In this document: positions 13,418-26,299 of the stretch, one piece after another
Layout: every line of letters starts with the position of its first letter
Numbering within the stretch: the first letter of the stretch is position 1
Assembly: GCA_951406725.2 (NCBI GenBank)
Contig: OX597815.1
Coordinates: forward strand, 83,576,001-83,640,000
Length of the DNA: 64,000 nucleotides
Reading direction: 5' to 3'
From: Octopus vulgaris
Taxonomy: Eukaryota
Program-made: the position numbers and the translations under genes
The notes under the pieces: generated by a model
Seen by the model: only the letters and a program-made list of their open reading frames with translations
Told to the model about the DNA's origin: nothing
The model's database searches: none

Positions 13418-13605
13418 ACATGTATCAATTATTTTCGCATCCTAACCGATGAATCTATCTATATTCGCATTCTGAAGACTTACTTAAAGCAGTAAATTGA
13501 AACGATTACAAATGCTACCTTCATCTCTACTTCTTCCATCATTGTTATCTAATTAAATTGAAGGCATACCAGCGAAAACTACGGGTTTCCCATTGTTATT
13601 ATATC

Positions 13606-13666
<61 letters not shown>

Positions 13667-13800
13667 GAAATGAAGAAAATGCTGACAAATAATTGAAGTA
13701 ATTTAAGTAATTTAATTAGGTGAAAGTTCTTTTTACCGGTTGCGCATTTGTTATGCTTATCAAAATATAAAAGAGAGATTAGAGTCTGTCTCTTATATGT

Positions 13801-14010
13801 GAAAAAAAGAGGCTCCAGAGTTGTTTGGGATTTGCTTGGTTTCGCGCCTAAAATTTTGATTGGTCATTATGAAGGGGTCACGTGAATGTTTGAATGGAAG
13901 TTGGTGTTGGGGTAAGAAAAAAGGCTCCAGAGAAGTTAAAATTTGGCTAGTGTCCCGCCTAAAATTTCTTATTGGCCATAATAAAGAGGTCACGTGAATG
14001 TTTAGAATTT
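13801..14010. repeat. Diverged ~115-bp tandem duplication, each unit with a CCAAT box and GTCACGTGA
   Basis: Both units share aggctccagag...cgcctaaaattt...attgg-N15-cacgtgaatgttt. Confidence 0.8.
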
Positions 14011-14614
14011 TCGAAAATAGTGTTGTTGAAAATTCTTATTGTTCAGGCTGGTCAGTAGACGTCATGTGGATATTTTAAATAGCTTTTTAGCGCGTAGTTA
14101 GGGAGTGTATTTTCCGCTTGACTGGATAAGTAAGTTCGTTTAGAACAGGGAGAGCTGTATGTATGTATGTGTGTGCGCGCGCGCGCGTCTGTATGTTTAT
14201 ATGTATGTTGGGGCGCGCGCGCGTGTATATATGTGTGTGTGTGTGGGTAAAATTTTCAATATTTATAGTTCTGCTGGCCTTGTGCCTGTATCGGGAAGCA
14301 ACGTATTTGTGTGAAGTCAATATTTACAGCCATTTCCAAAAAATAGTGTTGGATGTTTTGCACCCGTATTCAATTATGTGTATGTGTGGAACCATATATT
14401 TGTGTGTGTCATGGTGTTAATATCTGGGTAAAGGTGTGTGTAGGGTGTGTGCAGGTGTAAGTGTGTTTGTTGTGGGTTCGTGTTAGGGGCATGTGTTTAG
14501 AAGTGGTCTGTATTTATTAATAAGGTGGGATTCCATGGTTATTCGCTGGGTATGAGTGGCATTGTCTTTAAATTTTTTTATATATCACCACTCGTGTTCG
14601 ACATCTCCTTTTTT

Positions 14615-14691
<77 letters not shown>

Positions 14692-14767
14692 TGGTAAGAA
14701 ACTAAGCTCGTGATTTAGTGAGAAATTTTTAACGCGACCCGGCAACGAGCAACAAGCACTATCAATA

Positions 14768-14791
14768 GACCCGGCAGCGCCGGGTCATAGT
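14768..14791 (+). mobile_element. Helitron 3' terminal hairpin
   Basis: gacccggc-agc-gccgggtc followed by atagt (CTAG-like end); a partial copy gacccggcaacg lies at ~14736. Confidence 0.55.
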
Positions 14792-14793
14792 AA

Positions 14794-14852
<59 letters not shown>

Positions 14853-15329
14853 GCTAAAATGATTTTATAAAACACATTTCAGTACCGCTTTCAGTCAATG
14901 AGACTTTTTCAACTGTAACAATTAAATAATTAAATTTAGAAAAATTAAAAGAAAAGTTTTTTTTAAAGAATATTTGTATAGTGTTCAAATACAAGTGGCA
15001 CTTTCCTTGTTTCTGCATGTGTCTAAATATTGGCCGCAAAATAGCATGATTTTGAAAATACACATAAATCTCGTTTGTTGAGTTTTGGTTTCACACCCAT
15101 TCCAGTTCTGCGCAATCAGTGTCGCGACGGGAACGCATGGGTTGGGATTTTGACTGGCAGAGGTGATCAAGTTGCACATACCAGCCATTTTGACACCAAA
15201 CCCCTCACCTAACCCCCTCTTCCTATGAGTGAATAGCAATGGTGGGAAGAAAAGGCAGAGCAATTAAACCACAAAAAATAGCATTCAAAGTGATTTTATG
15301 AGTATGACGTATTGAAGCAGGTAACGCAG

Positions 15330-15637
15330 TAAGGTCAATAGTTATAAGTTCATGACGCATAGAAGCACGTAAGACATCAAAGTTAACTAAGGTATAAATA
15401 ATAGGTATGTTTTAGCGATTTTGAATGGATATGCCCATAACGTATGGGCATAAGGGGTCGGTTTATCGATTTCTTAATGGCTTTCTAGGGTGACTGGGGA
15501 AATGAAAAGATCTTCACAACCACCCTCAGAAGGTTTTGAAAGCCCATAGAAAATGAGAACATTTTAAGTGAAAAACTGTGGATTTGTATAAAGGACACAC
15601 AGACACACAGACAAACAGATGCACAGACATTTTGCCG

Positions 15638-15650
<13 letters not shown>
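15330..15650 (-). mobile_element. Non-autonomous Helitron-like element, 5' part
   Basis: Minus strand begins (ta)n-acggcaaaatgtctgt..(ctgt)n; hairpin tatgcccata-acg-tatgggcata at 15430-15452; related pieces at ~20096 (tataaacggcaaaactgt) and ~50040-50120 (actag...gggcataaagggtc). Confidence 0.45.
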
Positions 15651-15679
<29 letters not shown>

Positions 15680-16445
15680 CGTGTGTACTATGTATGCATG
15701 TATGTATTCATGTATGTATGTATGCATGTGAACAATTAATCTTTATGAGCTATAATTAAGTAGATAGATCTTTGCAGAGTCCTAAATTTACGACTATCTA
15801 GTACATAGAAACTACAGCTTCATTCAGTACTAATGCATGTGATTAAAGTTACTCAAAACATCGGTATTTTAACACCAGCATTTCAATGGGCGTGCAATGT
15901 GCATCCGAGTTCACGACCTTCTGGCTATAATGATGATGATAGAGTTGTGACATAGTCGTTCACACAGTTCTATACCGGTAATAAATTTGAGTTTGACTGG
16001 TGTGCAATCCTTGCGAATCCGACTTGCTTTCTATTCATTGGAAGTGATTTTCGTTTCTCAATTTCCAAAGCATACATTCTTTTATTATAGCAACCATATG
16101 ATACACCACCGTATTCTTTAAGTTTTTTTTTTATTTTCTCCTTCCATAAGTATTTCATTTATATCATATGGCACCGGGAAATATTTCTAGTTTGAACAGA
16201 AGGTATATGGAATGATAATTATCTCTACACAATACCTCTAAATGCTTACTTTTATAAATAAATTTCAGTCATTAAAAGTAAAGATGTCGGAATTTAACAT
16301 GACTCACGTTTTGATTGACTCTGCATGCTACAACACATTTGTACATGTTTTACATCATGCAGTGTACAGGTTGTATTCGCGGAAATATTTTAACGATTGA
16401 AAATGGACTGTGCGTGTGAGTTTCTGTGCTTGTGTACATGTGTAC

Positions 16446-16496
<51 letters not shown>

Positions 16497-16864
16497 TGTA
16501 TGTTTGTGTGTGCCGTTATAAATGCAGGTATTACTAATTAGTGAACTTTGGGTTAATCATTCTATGTATTTTGTATATGTAATAAATTTTGATTTACTGT
16601 TTTGAAATACCGCAGGAAACCGAGATTGCTTTCATTTTAACGAGAATTTTCTTTTCATCGATCAATCAGTTATTTTATATTTAATTTTTGAGATCCTAAA
16701 CTAATGGTCTCGTATAATTTCGTTTAAGTGTTGTCCAATCTCGACTTATATATGTATATATCAATATTTATGTGGAGATGCTTCAAGTTGTATCGCAAAA
16801 AGTATATAATTTATTAGAATATGTATGCAATATATAATGCGCATTAGATGAATATATATACATA

Positions 16865-16914
<50 letters not shown>

Positions 16915-17336
16915 AATGTACGTATGTGAATATGTATGTATGTATGTGAGTATGTATGCATGAATGAATCTCAATTGACATTTGCAGGTTAGTGTTCTAG
17001 GGTAATGCATGCCACTTTTCACGCTTGCGCGTAAATTTGTTTTCGGTTCATACAGCTTTGCAAACATTCAGACAACCACTATTGATCCCTTCACACTCTT
17101 GATCCTTCAAGAAGATGTCGGGGGATACGACAATTAGAAGGTGAGATGGTTTCGCCAAACATAGGCTGGTATATATTTTTAATTATGAGTAATGAGGCAA
17201 TGGCAAATATTCTCCTCATGAGCGAAAACAAAACGCCACCCATTCTTCAACTGAACCTGCGCATTTGTAAGAGGAATTTGATACCAACATACGAAGCGCT
17301 AAACAGCACATACCCACTACCCACATAAATATAGCA

Positions 17337-17382
<46 letters not shown>

Positions 17383-17401
17383 TATATATATGTATGTATA
17401 C

Positions 17402-17630
17402 AGTTGGAATTTACGAAAAACAAAAAACGAAGACAGGTGTGTAAACAACAAACAGGTGTAATAGTTGTGTATTAGTTCAACGCTCGGGAAGGTGAGAAAG
17501 TCTGTTACGTTTCGAGCCCATGCTCTCAACAGAAAGGAACAGGAGAAAATAAACAGAGAGAGAATAAAAAAAGAAAGCTTTAGTAGGTAGCGGTCAGTCA
17601 TAGTGACGACTGGACAAGAAGAAACAGTAA
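17402..17630 (-). mobile_element. Penelope terminal (pLTR) fragment with variant hammerhead
   Basis: Homologous to 48070-48260; minus strand cttt CTGTTGA gagc atgg gctc GAAAC GTA acag at 17500-17537. Confidence 0.75.
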
Positions 17631-17689
17631 GAAAAAACGACAATAGGAGAGATATGTTCAAGTATTCCAGTACCTTCGAATCCTGGGGT

Positions 17690-17773
17690 CCTATGCTGAA
17701 GAGGAAAACGGTGGGTAAAGTATAATTATATATTCTTCATTCCAAACCTAATTCCGAAACGCGCGTCCATAGG
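17690..17773 (+). ncRNA. Type I hammerhead ribozyme (minimal helix III)
   Basis: Stem I cctatg/catagg; CTGAAGA; stem II ggaa/ttcc with 45-nt loop; GAAAC-gcgc-GTC (palindrome ACGCGCGT); predicted cleavage after 17767. Confidence 0.9.
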
Positions 17774-18075
17774 TGACCAGATATAGATTGATTTTCGTTA
17801 CTTCTCCTCTCTGCCCGTGTGATTGTTTCCAGGTATTTTGGTTTTTCTGGGAGTCCCTTTTTAAAGTAGAAGAAATAGCTAACCTTTTTTGGCTGCTATT
17901 TCTAAATTTCGGTATGTGGTAAAGCAAATCTTTGCTGAACCCTATTTATTAAGTATTACTTATGTTTACCATGAAATGGTTCTTTTTTCATGCCGAATTC
18001 TGCGTGGTGAAATTATTGATTAATTATTAATTAATTAATTTTACCCTTTGTTATTATTGATATATATATATATAT

Positions 18076-18076
18076 A

Positions 18077-18160
<84 letters not shown>

Positions 18161-18197
18161 GTTGTTGTTATTATTATTATTATCATTATTATTATTA

Positions 18198-18234
<37 letters not shown>

Positions 18235-18248
18235 CATTATTATTATTA

Positions 18249-18288
<40 letters not shown>

Positions 18289-18303
18289 CATTATTATTAT
18301 TAT
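18076..18303. repeat. (ATT)n microsatellite
   Basis: Trinucleotide array; source of the poly-I and poly-N ORFs. Confidence 0.95.
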
Positions 18304-18438
18304 TTCTAAATCTCTTAAAGGGAGATATCCAATAACAGTTTCTTAAAGTAGAATCTATTTGCCAACATAATGTGGATGTCCTGTAAGGGACAACACTATA
18401 CATACATATGTACATACATACATACATACATACATACA

Positions 18439-18549
<111 letters not shown>

Positions 18550-18661
18550 TAATAAAAGGAATTCCAACCTTGTCTGATTTTCACGTTTTATTTACAATTT
18601 TATAATGATATAATATAATATAATAAAATAAAATAAAATAATAGAATGTTAAATGTTCATT

Positions 18662-18716
18662 CTAAATGAACTAGTACTTTCATGCATTAAATTCTGCAAT
18701 CTTCAGGTTCATGTAG
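18662..18716 (-). ncRNA. Type I hammerhead ribozyme (CUA triplet)
   Basis: Minus strand: ctacatgaac CTGAAGA ttgca gaatttaa tgcat GAAAG ta CTA gttcatttag; stem I pairs 9/10; palindromic AGTACT helix III. Confidence 0.8.
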
Positions 18717-18749
18717 TAGTGGTGACAGTCATGCTTCACAGTCATGTTT

Positions 18750-18940
18750 AATATGTTTGTCCCTCAACTATCACTTGACAACCGATGTTGGTGTGTTTAT
18801 GACTCCGTAACTTAACAGAGACCGATAGAATAAATACTGGTCTTATAAAGAATGAGTACTGGGGTCGATTTGTTCTAGTAAAGGAGATGCTCCAGCATGA
18901 CCACAGTCAATTGACTAAAACAAATAAAAGAATAAAAGAA
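18750..18940 (+). mobile_element. SINE 3' half
   Basis: Homologous to the 3' part of 21976-22366; tail gctccagcatgaccacagtcaattgactaaaacaaataaaagaataaaagaat. Confidence 0.8.
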
Positions 18941-20753
18941 TATATATTTCCACTTTTCTGTCCACTATACTATTAATTTATATTTCATCATTTAATATAA
19001 TTAAATCCACCTGCCTATTTAATTATTTTACTTGATATTCTGTTAGTCTATCTACGTTACCTGTTTTCATTATATATTTTTATACATTCCCTCGTACATT
19101 TTATTTAGTCATATATTTATCCTGTATAATACTTTCGAAATCTGGATAGTTATCCATTTATTTGGATTTACTCTTACATATCATTGATTCCCGTTTTCTC
19201 CTACGTTAAACCATTTCAAATTTACTGGAACTCTTCCTCCAGTCATTCGGTGATGAATTCCGTTATTCTGTAATTATTTCCGTTTCACAAACTCTCTGCC
19301 TCGTAATTCAAAAGTTATAGTTATATTACACTATAACTAAGCTCTTGGGTATAAGAATTATTCTGCAAGGTATATATTTGCAATTGTAGTGATTATTGTC
19401 TTTGGTCTTTAACCCATTTAAATTATACTAATTTAATTATTTAATACTATTTTCAATCAATATACAACCACACATAATTGATTCAGAAATGTTAAAAGCA
19501 TCCTATTTTATGAAATTATTGAGATGTTACCAGAATTCTTTTATTTATTTTATGGCTGAGGATATGAGCTAATAAAAAAATAAACCTGTATATAATACTC
19601 TATATGTAAACTAATTAACTGAGGTATATTCATATCCTACAATTCAATTATTCCACATTTTATATAGATTTCTGTGAATTTTAAGCTACTGGGACTACAG
19701 GAGTTCTCACTCAAATGGATACCAGTCCGTTTCAGTATCAACCTTTCAGTTTCCACCGCTACATTTTTGGTATAAATGACGATGAGTTTAGGTAGTGTGA
19801 GATAAATGCTAGAGGATACAAGGCGCCACTCAATTCAGTGTAAAGTATCTCATAGTCTCTGAGTGGAGCTGGTTGCCAAGGGTTGATGAATGAGATTCAC
19901 CATCCATTGGTTACCTCAGATAAGTCGAATACCTTTCTATTTATTACATCAATTTATTTTATTGTATTTTTGTATAGCATATCTTCATTTTTAATATGCA
20001 TTTGAGTGAAACAAACTGCCAAACATACAAATAACTTTAACATTAATATTGTTGTTACACTTGTATTGAAATATCATATCGTTTACCAGTTAATGTATAA
20101 ACGGCAAAACTGTTTGTATGTCTGAAATCAACGCCAGATTAGGTCTACATTCTAAGATTTCAAAATTTTAGATGCAGCTGCTATCCCTAATTGGAATTAA
20201 GGGGTGCATAAGCATATAAACCGGCATGATATATTTCAGTAACTGGAGCTGGTAAGAAAAACCATTTGCATGTATTGAATAAACACCTCAAACATACACT
20301 AAAATATTTAACGTTTATGAAACCAGGTTTTCTTTGCCAGTGTAATTTATCACTAGGAATCATGTTTCAAACATCAATGTTTGAATTATACTGTTATTCA
20401 CTTCATGAAATCATAGTTTCGTTCCACTCTAAGAAGGAGAGTAACGAAGTAACTGGGCTGTTTCTGAAAATATTATCTTACTGAAAGTTAAACTTAATAC
20501 AGATCGGGAAAATTTTCATATTAGTAATTTTATATCAACACAAAATGGTTTAGATATAAATATATTTCATATAGTAAATTAGATTTTTATTTATATTTTA
20601 CATTCCGCCATTGTCTGAAAATAAGAGTGTGGCAATGTGCGTACATGTATGGTACGTGTGAGTATGTCCTCAAAGAACTTCACTTATGATGGCCCCAACA
20701 CTGCATGAGCATATGTGTATGTATGTGAATGCATACGCATTTGTGCATACACA

Positions 20754-21175
20754 TTTATGTTCCTATAACCTGTGTTAATTCTGTAACTCTTTAAAACGGA
20801 ATCTAAGAAAGTTCATTTTCGGCATTTGATGCTTTGGGAAGCAGACAAAGATTGCTGCAGCTCGGCTGAGATGTGTTACCTCACTCTCCATATTCACCAG
20901 ATATTGCTCCTTCAGATTTCCACTTATTCCGGTCTGTGCAGAATAGTCTTAATGGTAAAAATTTCAATTCCTTGGATGACATAAAAATATACATTGATGA
21001 ATTCTTTGCCATGAAACCACCTCAATTCTGGGAAAAGGGTATTTTCAAGTTAAAGAAAAGATGGAGACGCATTGTGCAACAAAATGGTTGGTATTTGGTT
21101 GATTAAAAATGTAATGGCAAGTATTTATTGACCTTTTCCTTTCCTTTAAATATCTGCACGAACTTTCCGGACAAC

Positions 21176-21179
<4 letters not shown>
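20754..21179 (+). mobile_element. Internally deleted mariner element (5'-truncated copy)
   Basis: PHSPYSPDIAPSDFHLFRS...W...GI.KL..RW...NG.Y transposase C-terminus; right TIR aactttccggacaacccaa + TA; same deletion junction as 47363-47898. Confidence 0.9.
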
Positions 21180-21243
<64 letters not shown>

Positions 21244-21589
21244 TATTCATGTATATTTATATGTGCGTGTGTGTGTGAGTGTAATTTTGTTTGCATGCAT
21301 ACAGGAACAGACCGGTGATGGTAGTTAGACAGATATACACACACGGTAATAAATAAAACATTTGGCTGTTTATAAATTGTTCGTTTCCAGTTACATAACA
21401 TAGTTATTGATTAATCTAGTCAATATCTACTCATCTGCTAATTCTTTAAAATCCATATCAGACTCTTTTAATAATTTTGTCATATACACTAACCGCCCAA
21501 GGCAATTTATAAAGCTGTTATTCCGATATTCCAAATATAGTGGAAAGTCTCAAACTATGCTTTGCATAAAATCTTTGTTGAGACATCGT

Positions 21590-21908
21590 TAACAAGGGTT
21601 CTAAGATCCACGGCTTTTCAATGCTATGTCACAAAAAATTAAGAACTCTGCATAAGGTGGAAGTAGATGTCTTCACAAAGGAATTAGACATCCTCCTCTC
21701 CACAATACCGGATGAACTAACAGCCCGACATGAGGTACAAACGAGGGCGGCGGAATCAAACTCAGTTATACATCAACCGTACCAACAGCTGTGTAAAAGG
21801 CATATACAGGAGTGGGGATGTGAAACACCCAGACTGAGGATATCAGAAAAACCATGGTGGTGCTCCAGCATGACCACAGCAGCGTGGCTGAAACGAATAA
21901 AAGAGTAC
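21590..21908 (+). mobile_element. 3' end of CR1/L2-group LINE (ORF2 C-terminus + 3' UTR)
   Basis: VDVFTKELDILLSTIPDE..R....RAAESNSVIHQ resembles the ORF2 C-terminus of mollusc CR1-like LINEs; ends ggtgctccagcatgaccacagc...ctgaaacgaataaaaga. Confidence 0.7.
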
Positions 21909-21975
21909 GCCACAAATTAATAGATTTGTACTTTTACTAATGGTCCAAAAATATATTCACTATACTAACTATCAC

Positions 21976-22366
21976 AAGCGCAGGCGTGGGTGCGTGGCAA
22001 TAAGCTTGCTTCCCAGCCACATTGTGTAGCACCTTGGACAAGTGTCTTCATCTATAGCTTCGTGCCGGCCAAATCCTTGTGAGTGGATTTGATAGACGGG
22101 AACTGAAAGAAATACGCCGTATATATGTATCTGCATATCTGTATTTCTTTGTGTCTGTGTTTGTGTTTGCCTCTCCATCACTGCCTGACAAGTGGTGTTG
22201 GCGTGTTTGGGTCTCCGTAACTTAGCGATTCGGCAAAAGATATCTACAGTGTAAGTACTAGGCTTCAAAAATAATTCCTGGCGTTGATTTGCTCGGCTAA
22301 AACCCTTCAAGGCTGTGTCCTAGCATGGCCGCAATCAAATGTCTGAAACAAGTAAAAGAATAAAAT
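21976..22366 (+). mobile_element. tRNA-derived SINE (near full length)
   Basis: Head gcgcaggcgtgggtgcgtgg...gcttcccagccac, core caccttggacaagtgtctt, internal microsatellite, LINE-like tail; related inverted copy at 33491-33823. Confidence 0.85.
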
Positions 22367-23146
22367 TCACACGGGTCTCATACATTTCACAACACGTTAC
22401 TACATACTACGACATGAATAGCAAGAACGCGGATACAAATAGGAAATTGTAAGTTCATACGATGTCCATGAACATAATTTGAACTTGCTGATTGTTAAAT
22501 AGTCTATACACTAGTTGTATCATTACTCTAGATTTGGTAATTTGGCGCCCAGACGTCAGCAGAAACCTTTTTCTAACTTCTTTCCTCGCTCTACTATCAA
22601 GACAAGTCACCCATTTCAATGAAAAATTTGAGCTTAAATATATGTTTTAATTTTATTTCCAGGCAATTATATTCCTGTTTTCTTGGTTTTTTTTCTTCTC
22701 ACTTATAACGTAAGATAATTATGATAGATATCTAAGCGTGCAGCGTTTAATGATAATTGCTTGTACGAATTTTAGTTGCGATTTATACGCTTTAATTCAT
22801 GTGGTTCGAATTAGCCTGATTTATCGATCAATTTAGGATCGATATCGAATATAATAGATCGGCTTTAAGTAACAGAGCAATCTGGAGTGACTGTTGTCGA
22901 ACTGACTGGATGTATAACGTAGCTCCGGAAAATATCGTTTCAGGTTTTGAAACATTGTTAGGTCAAAACGGTAGTTTTTGACAACGGTTTTGATAAAGTA
23001 GAGGGAACTTGGTCGTTATTCCTTTCATTCATGTTTTATGTGAACATTTCCGAATAGTATATTTAACTTTTACGTTTAAACGACCGGTCTTCGACCTGTC
23101 TATTAATGGGAATAAGATTTTGTCAGAATATTAACAATAGCGGTAA

Positions 23147-23270
23147 AGAAGGAGAAGAAGAAGAAGAAGAAGAAGAAGAAGAAGAAGAAGAAGAAGAAGA
23201 AGAAGAAGAAGAAGAAGAAGAAGAAGAAGAAGAAGAAGAAGAAGAAGAAGAAGAAGAAGAAGAAGAAGAA
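23147..23270. repeat. (GAA)n microsatellite
   Basis: About 40 near-perfect units; source of the poly-E and poly-F ORFs. Confidence 0.95.
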
Positions 23271-23395
23271 TATGTGCTTGTGAAAGGGCATAATTCAAGT
23301 CAGGAAGATGAATAAAGTGCTGAAGCTACACCAGTAACAAGGTGAAGCAGCACAACCACGGCCGCCGCCATCACCACCACCATCATCACCATCAC

Positions 23396-23420
23396 CAGTA
23401 GTGGTAGTAGTAGTAGTAGT

Positions 23421-23493
<73 letters not shown>
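23396..23493. repeat. (GTA)n/(GCA)n compound microsatellite
   Basis: Seen directly. Confidence 0.9.
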
Positions 23494-24920
23494 TACTGTT
23501 CTATATTCTTGTTAATTGTGTACGTGATATGTAATGAAATCTCACACTTTTTCCCTGTTTCAAAATCCTACCAGCTGGTGGTTTCTCTGGAAATTCTTAA
23601 TGTATCACCAACATATATATTCATATCTTTGGTATTCCTTACTATTTTTATATATAACATGCAACTTTGCATTTCACATTAGTATTTGTCAATTATTATC
23701 ATGTTTGATATTTTTGGCGTCATTACAACCATTATTTTCTAATGATGTAAGCGAAAGAATGATGCCGTTTCTCTGATATTTTTTTTGTATAGTATCTACT
23801 TATGGAGTCTGTTTTTCTTTATTTGGAGCCATTTTATTATAAATAGTTTATTACTCAGTAATACATATTGTGTAGCGCTTTTTTTAGGGCTACTTTGCTT
23901 TGAATATAAATTGTGTTTGTGTAAGTCATTGGTTTCAAGTCATTCTTCGTTGTTTCCTCCCCACTGCTTTATAATTCGACCTCGTAATGTCTACATTCTA
24001 CGTCACATACACCTTGTAACTGTAAAGATATAACAAGAGGTCTTTCGTTCTGGAGACAGTAGAAAACTTTGAGTAATCCCTGCGTGACGGTGCTGTCATA
24101 TCAGAATAGACTCCACATGTACAAGAACACCGCCAATTTGGTCTCACCGGAATGCGTATCTCCCATGTTCTATTTTGATTTGAGGTTTGTTTTTGTTACC
24201 TATAGTGATAATTACATGGTAAGTTCAGTAATGGAGATTTGAACACAAGCAGTTCAGAAAAAAACCCAAAAAGTTCGGAGAATGAACATAATGAAATAAT
24301 GCTCACGATTAGTGGACGATATTACGGGGTCCGAAAGCTTTTCTCTTCCACTCCCTCTGCAGCAGACTTAAATTCCCATGCCGCTGAAGTTCATAATATC
24401 GTTTACCCTCATCTAACTTTAGCATATATAGGTCTCATCTCGAGTATAATCTATTTATGTATATGTATATGTGTGTATATGTGTGTGTGTAAGTGTGTGT
24501 GCAGGTGTGCCTGACAGTCTATGTGTATGCATGTGTGTGTGTGTGCGACTTTGTTTTTGTGTGTGAGAGAGAGAGAGAGAGAGAAAGTGGGCGTGGCTGT
24601 GTGTATGGGTGTGTGTGCGTATGTCTGTATGTGCGTGCGCGTGTGTGAATGTATGTTATTTTTTTATGTTTATGGAGCTCTGCAAATGCATTTGTCCTTC
24701 ACTCATCTTTCTATACGAATGTAGAAAACTTTTTATAAGACTTTAAAATAAACACATAGCAACTAATATTTATTACATTCCATGACGCAGCATGTTCCTT
24801 ACAAAGTAAAGGGCATACTTTTACTGCTTTCACTATTTTTACTGTAACTGATGTCGCTAATAGCTAAAATATTCCATATATTCGAATACCCACTCACGCA
24901 TATACACACAACATATATAT

Positions 24921-24960
<40 letters not shown>

Positions 24961-25141
24961 GTACAGAAATATATGAAGACTGAAGAAGGAGAGTGATATT
25001 ACTTAATGACTTTGTGAATGGAAATTAATTCATAATTTCTTTTATATCATGAAAGGAAGTAAGTAACCGGATATCTAATCTACAGGAGTGACGCACACTA
25101 GTGTACTTACATAGGTATACGTATGTTAATATCATACACAC

Positions 25142-25196
<55 letters not shown>

Positions 25197-25209
25197 ATCT
25201 CTCTATTTA

Positions 25210-25256
<47 letters not shown>

Positions 25257-25819
25257 TGCGCACATCAGGCGCAGCTCTTTTGTAGTCTACATGAGGTGAC
25301 AGTAATTTTGTTCTTTAATGAAGGTAATGATGCTATGTTACTAGGCAATGTCCATTATGTTACTTTCGCTCCTACCGTTTCCCGCTTTTGCCCTCCGTGA
25401 AGCTAGCAAAATATATAACCCTCTATCAGAATGCAGCAACTACTAATTTTATTTATGTCTGCTTCCGTCTTTCAGGTATATATAATAAATCGCTGCTCTG
25501 CTCCATTTCCAGACAAGTAGAGCATAGTAGTTCTTGCGACTATCCATGAGCTTCCACCTCTTCTGAATATACCGTACGCTGACAAAGTCAATCCGTCGAC
25601 GCCATATTATTTTCTAAATGTATTAACCCAAAAGTGTATTTACGTCAAAGAACATTTTTACAAAAAGATCAAGACGTATCTTTGTCATTGCTACCTAACT
25701 GACGAATAAGAGTGTGTGTTTCTTATATCGCCTATGCCTTCCACTGTCTACAAGTTAGGAAAGTCTGGACATACTTTTTCACCGTGTCGATTTATTTCTT
25801 CAGCTAAGTTACTGAATAT

Positions 25820-26250
25820 TCTTTTCTACTCTCGGCACAAGGTCCGAAATTTTAGGGGTGCGGGGCAATCAATTAGATCGACCCCAGTATGCAACTGGTA
25901 CTTGATTTATCGATCCCAGACTGATGAAAGGCAAAGTCGTCTTCGGCGGAATTTGAACTCAGAACGTATGACAGACGAAATCCGCTAAGCATTTCGCCGG
26001 GAATGCTAACGTCTCTTATTTCTTTACTGCCCACAACGGGCTACACACAGAGGGGAAAAACAAGGACAGACAAACGGATTAAGTCGATTAAGTCGACCCC
26101 TGTACGTAACTGGTACTTATTTAATCGACCTCGAAAGGATGAAAGGCAAAGTCGACCTCGGCGGAATTTGAACTCAGAACGTAACAGCAGACGAAATACG
26201 GCTACGCATTTCGCCCAGTGTGTTAACGTTTCTGCCAGCTCGCTGCCTTA
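25820..26250 (-). mobile_element. Two adjacent tRNA-derived SINEs with shared head/core and different 3' tails
   Basis: Both contain gatgaaaggcaaagtcg.c.tcggcggaatttgaactcagaacgta (minus-strand B-box gagttcaaattcc); related copies at 51790-51945 and 59465-59790. Confidence 0.85.
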
Positions 26251-26299
26251 AAGATTCTCTATATTATCAAACATATTCTGTAACAGGTTTCTTACATGT

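Noticed and set aside
13467-13515. CTGAAGA...GAAAC hammerhead-like motif
   Set aside because: Helix III and the cleavage triplet are not correctly formed; at best a relic.
23103-23315. Poly-Glu and poly-Phe ORFs
   Set aside because: Translation of a (GAA)n microsatellite with no coding context.
25919-25960. CTGATGA inside a SINE (also isolated CTGANGA at ~1506, 29365, 31815, 55433)
   Set aside because: No matching stem II-GAAA-NUH arrangement.
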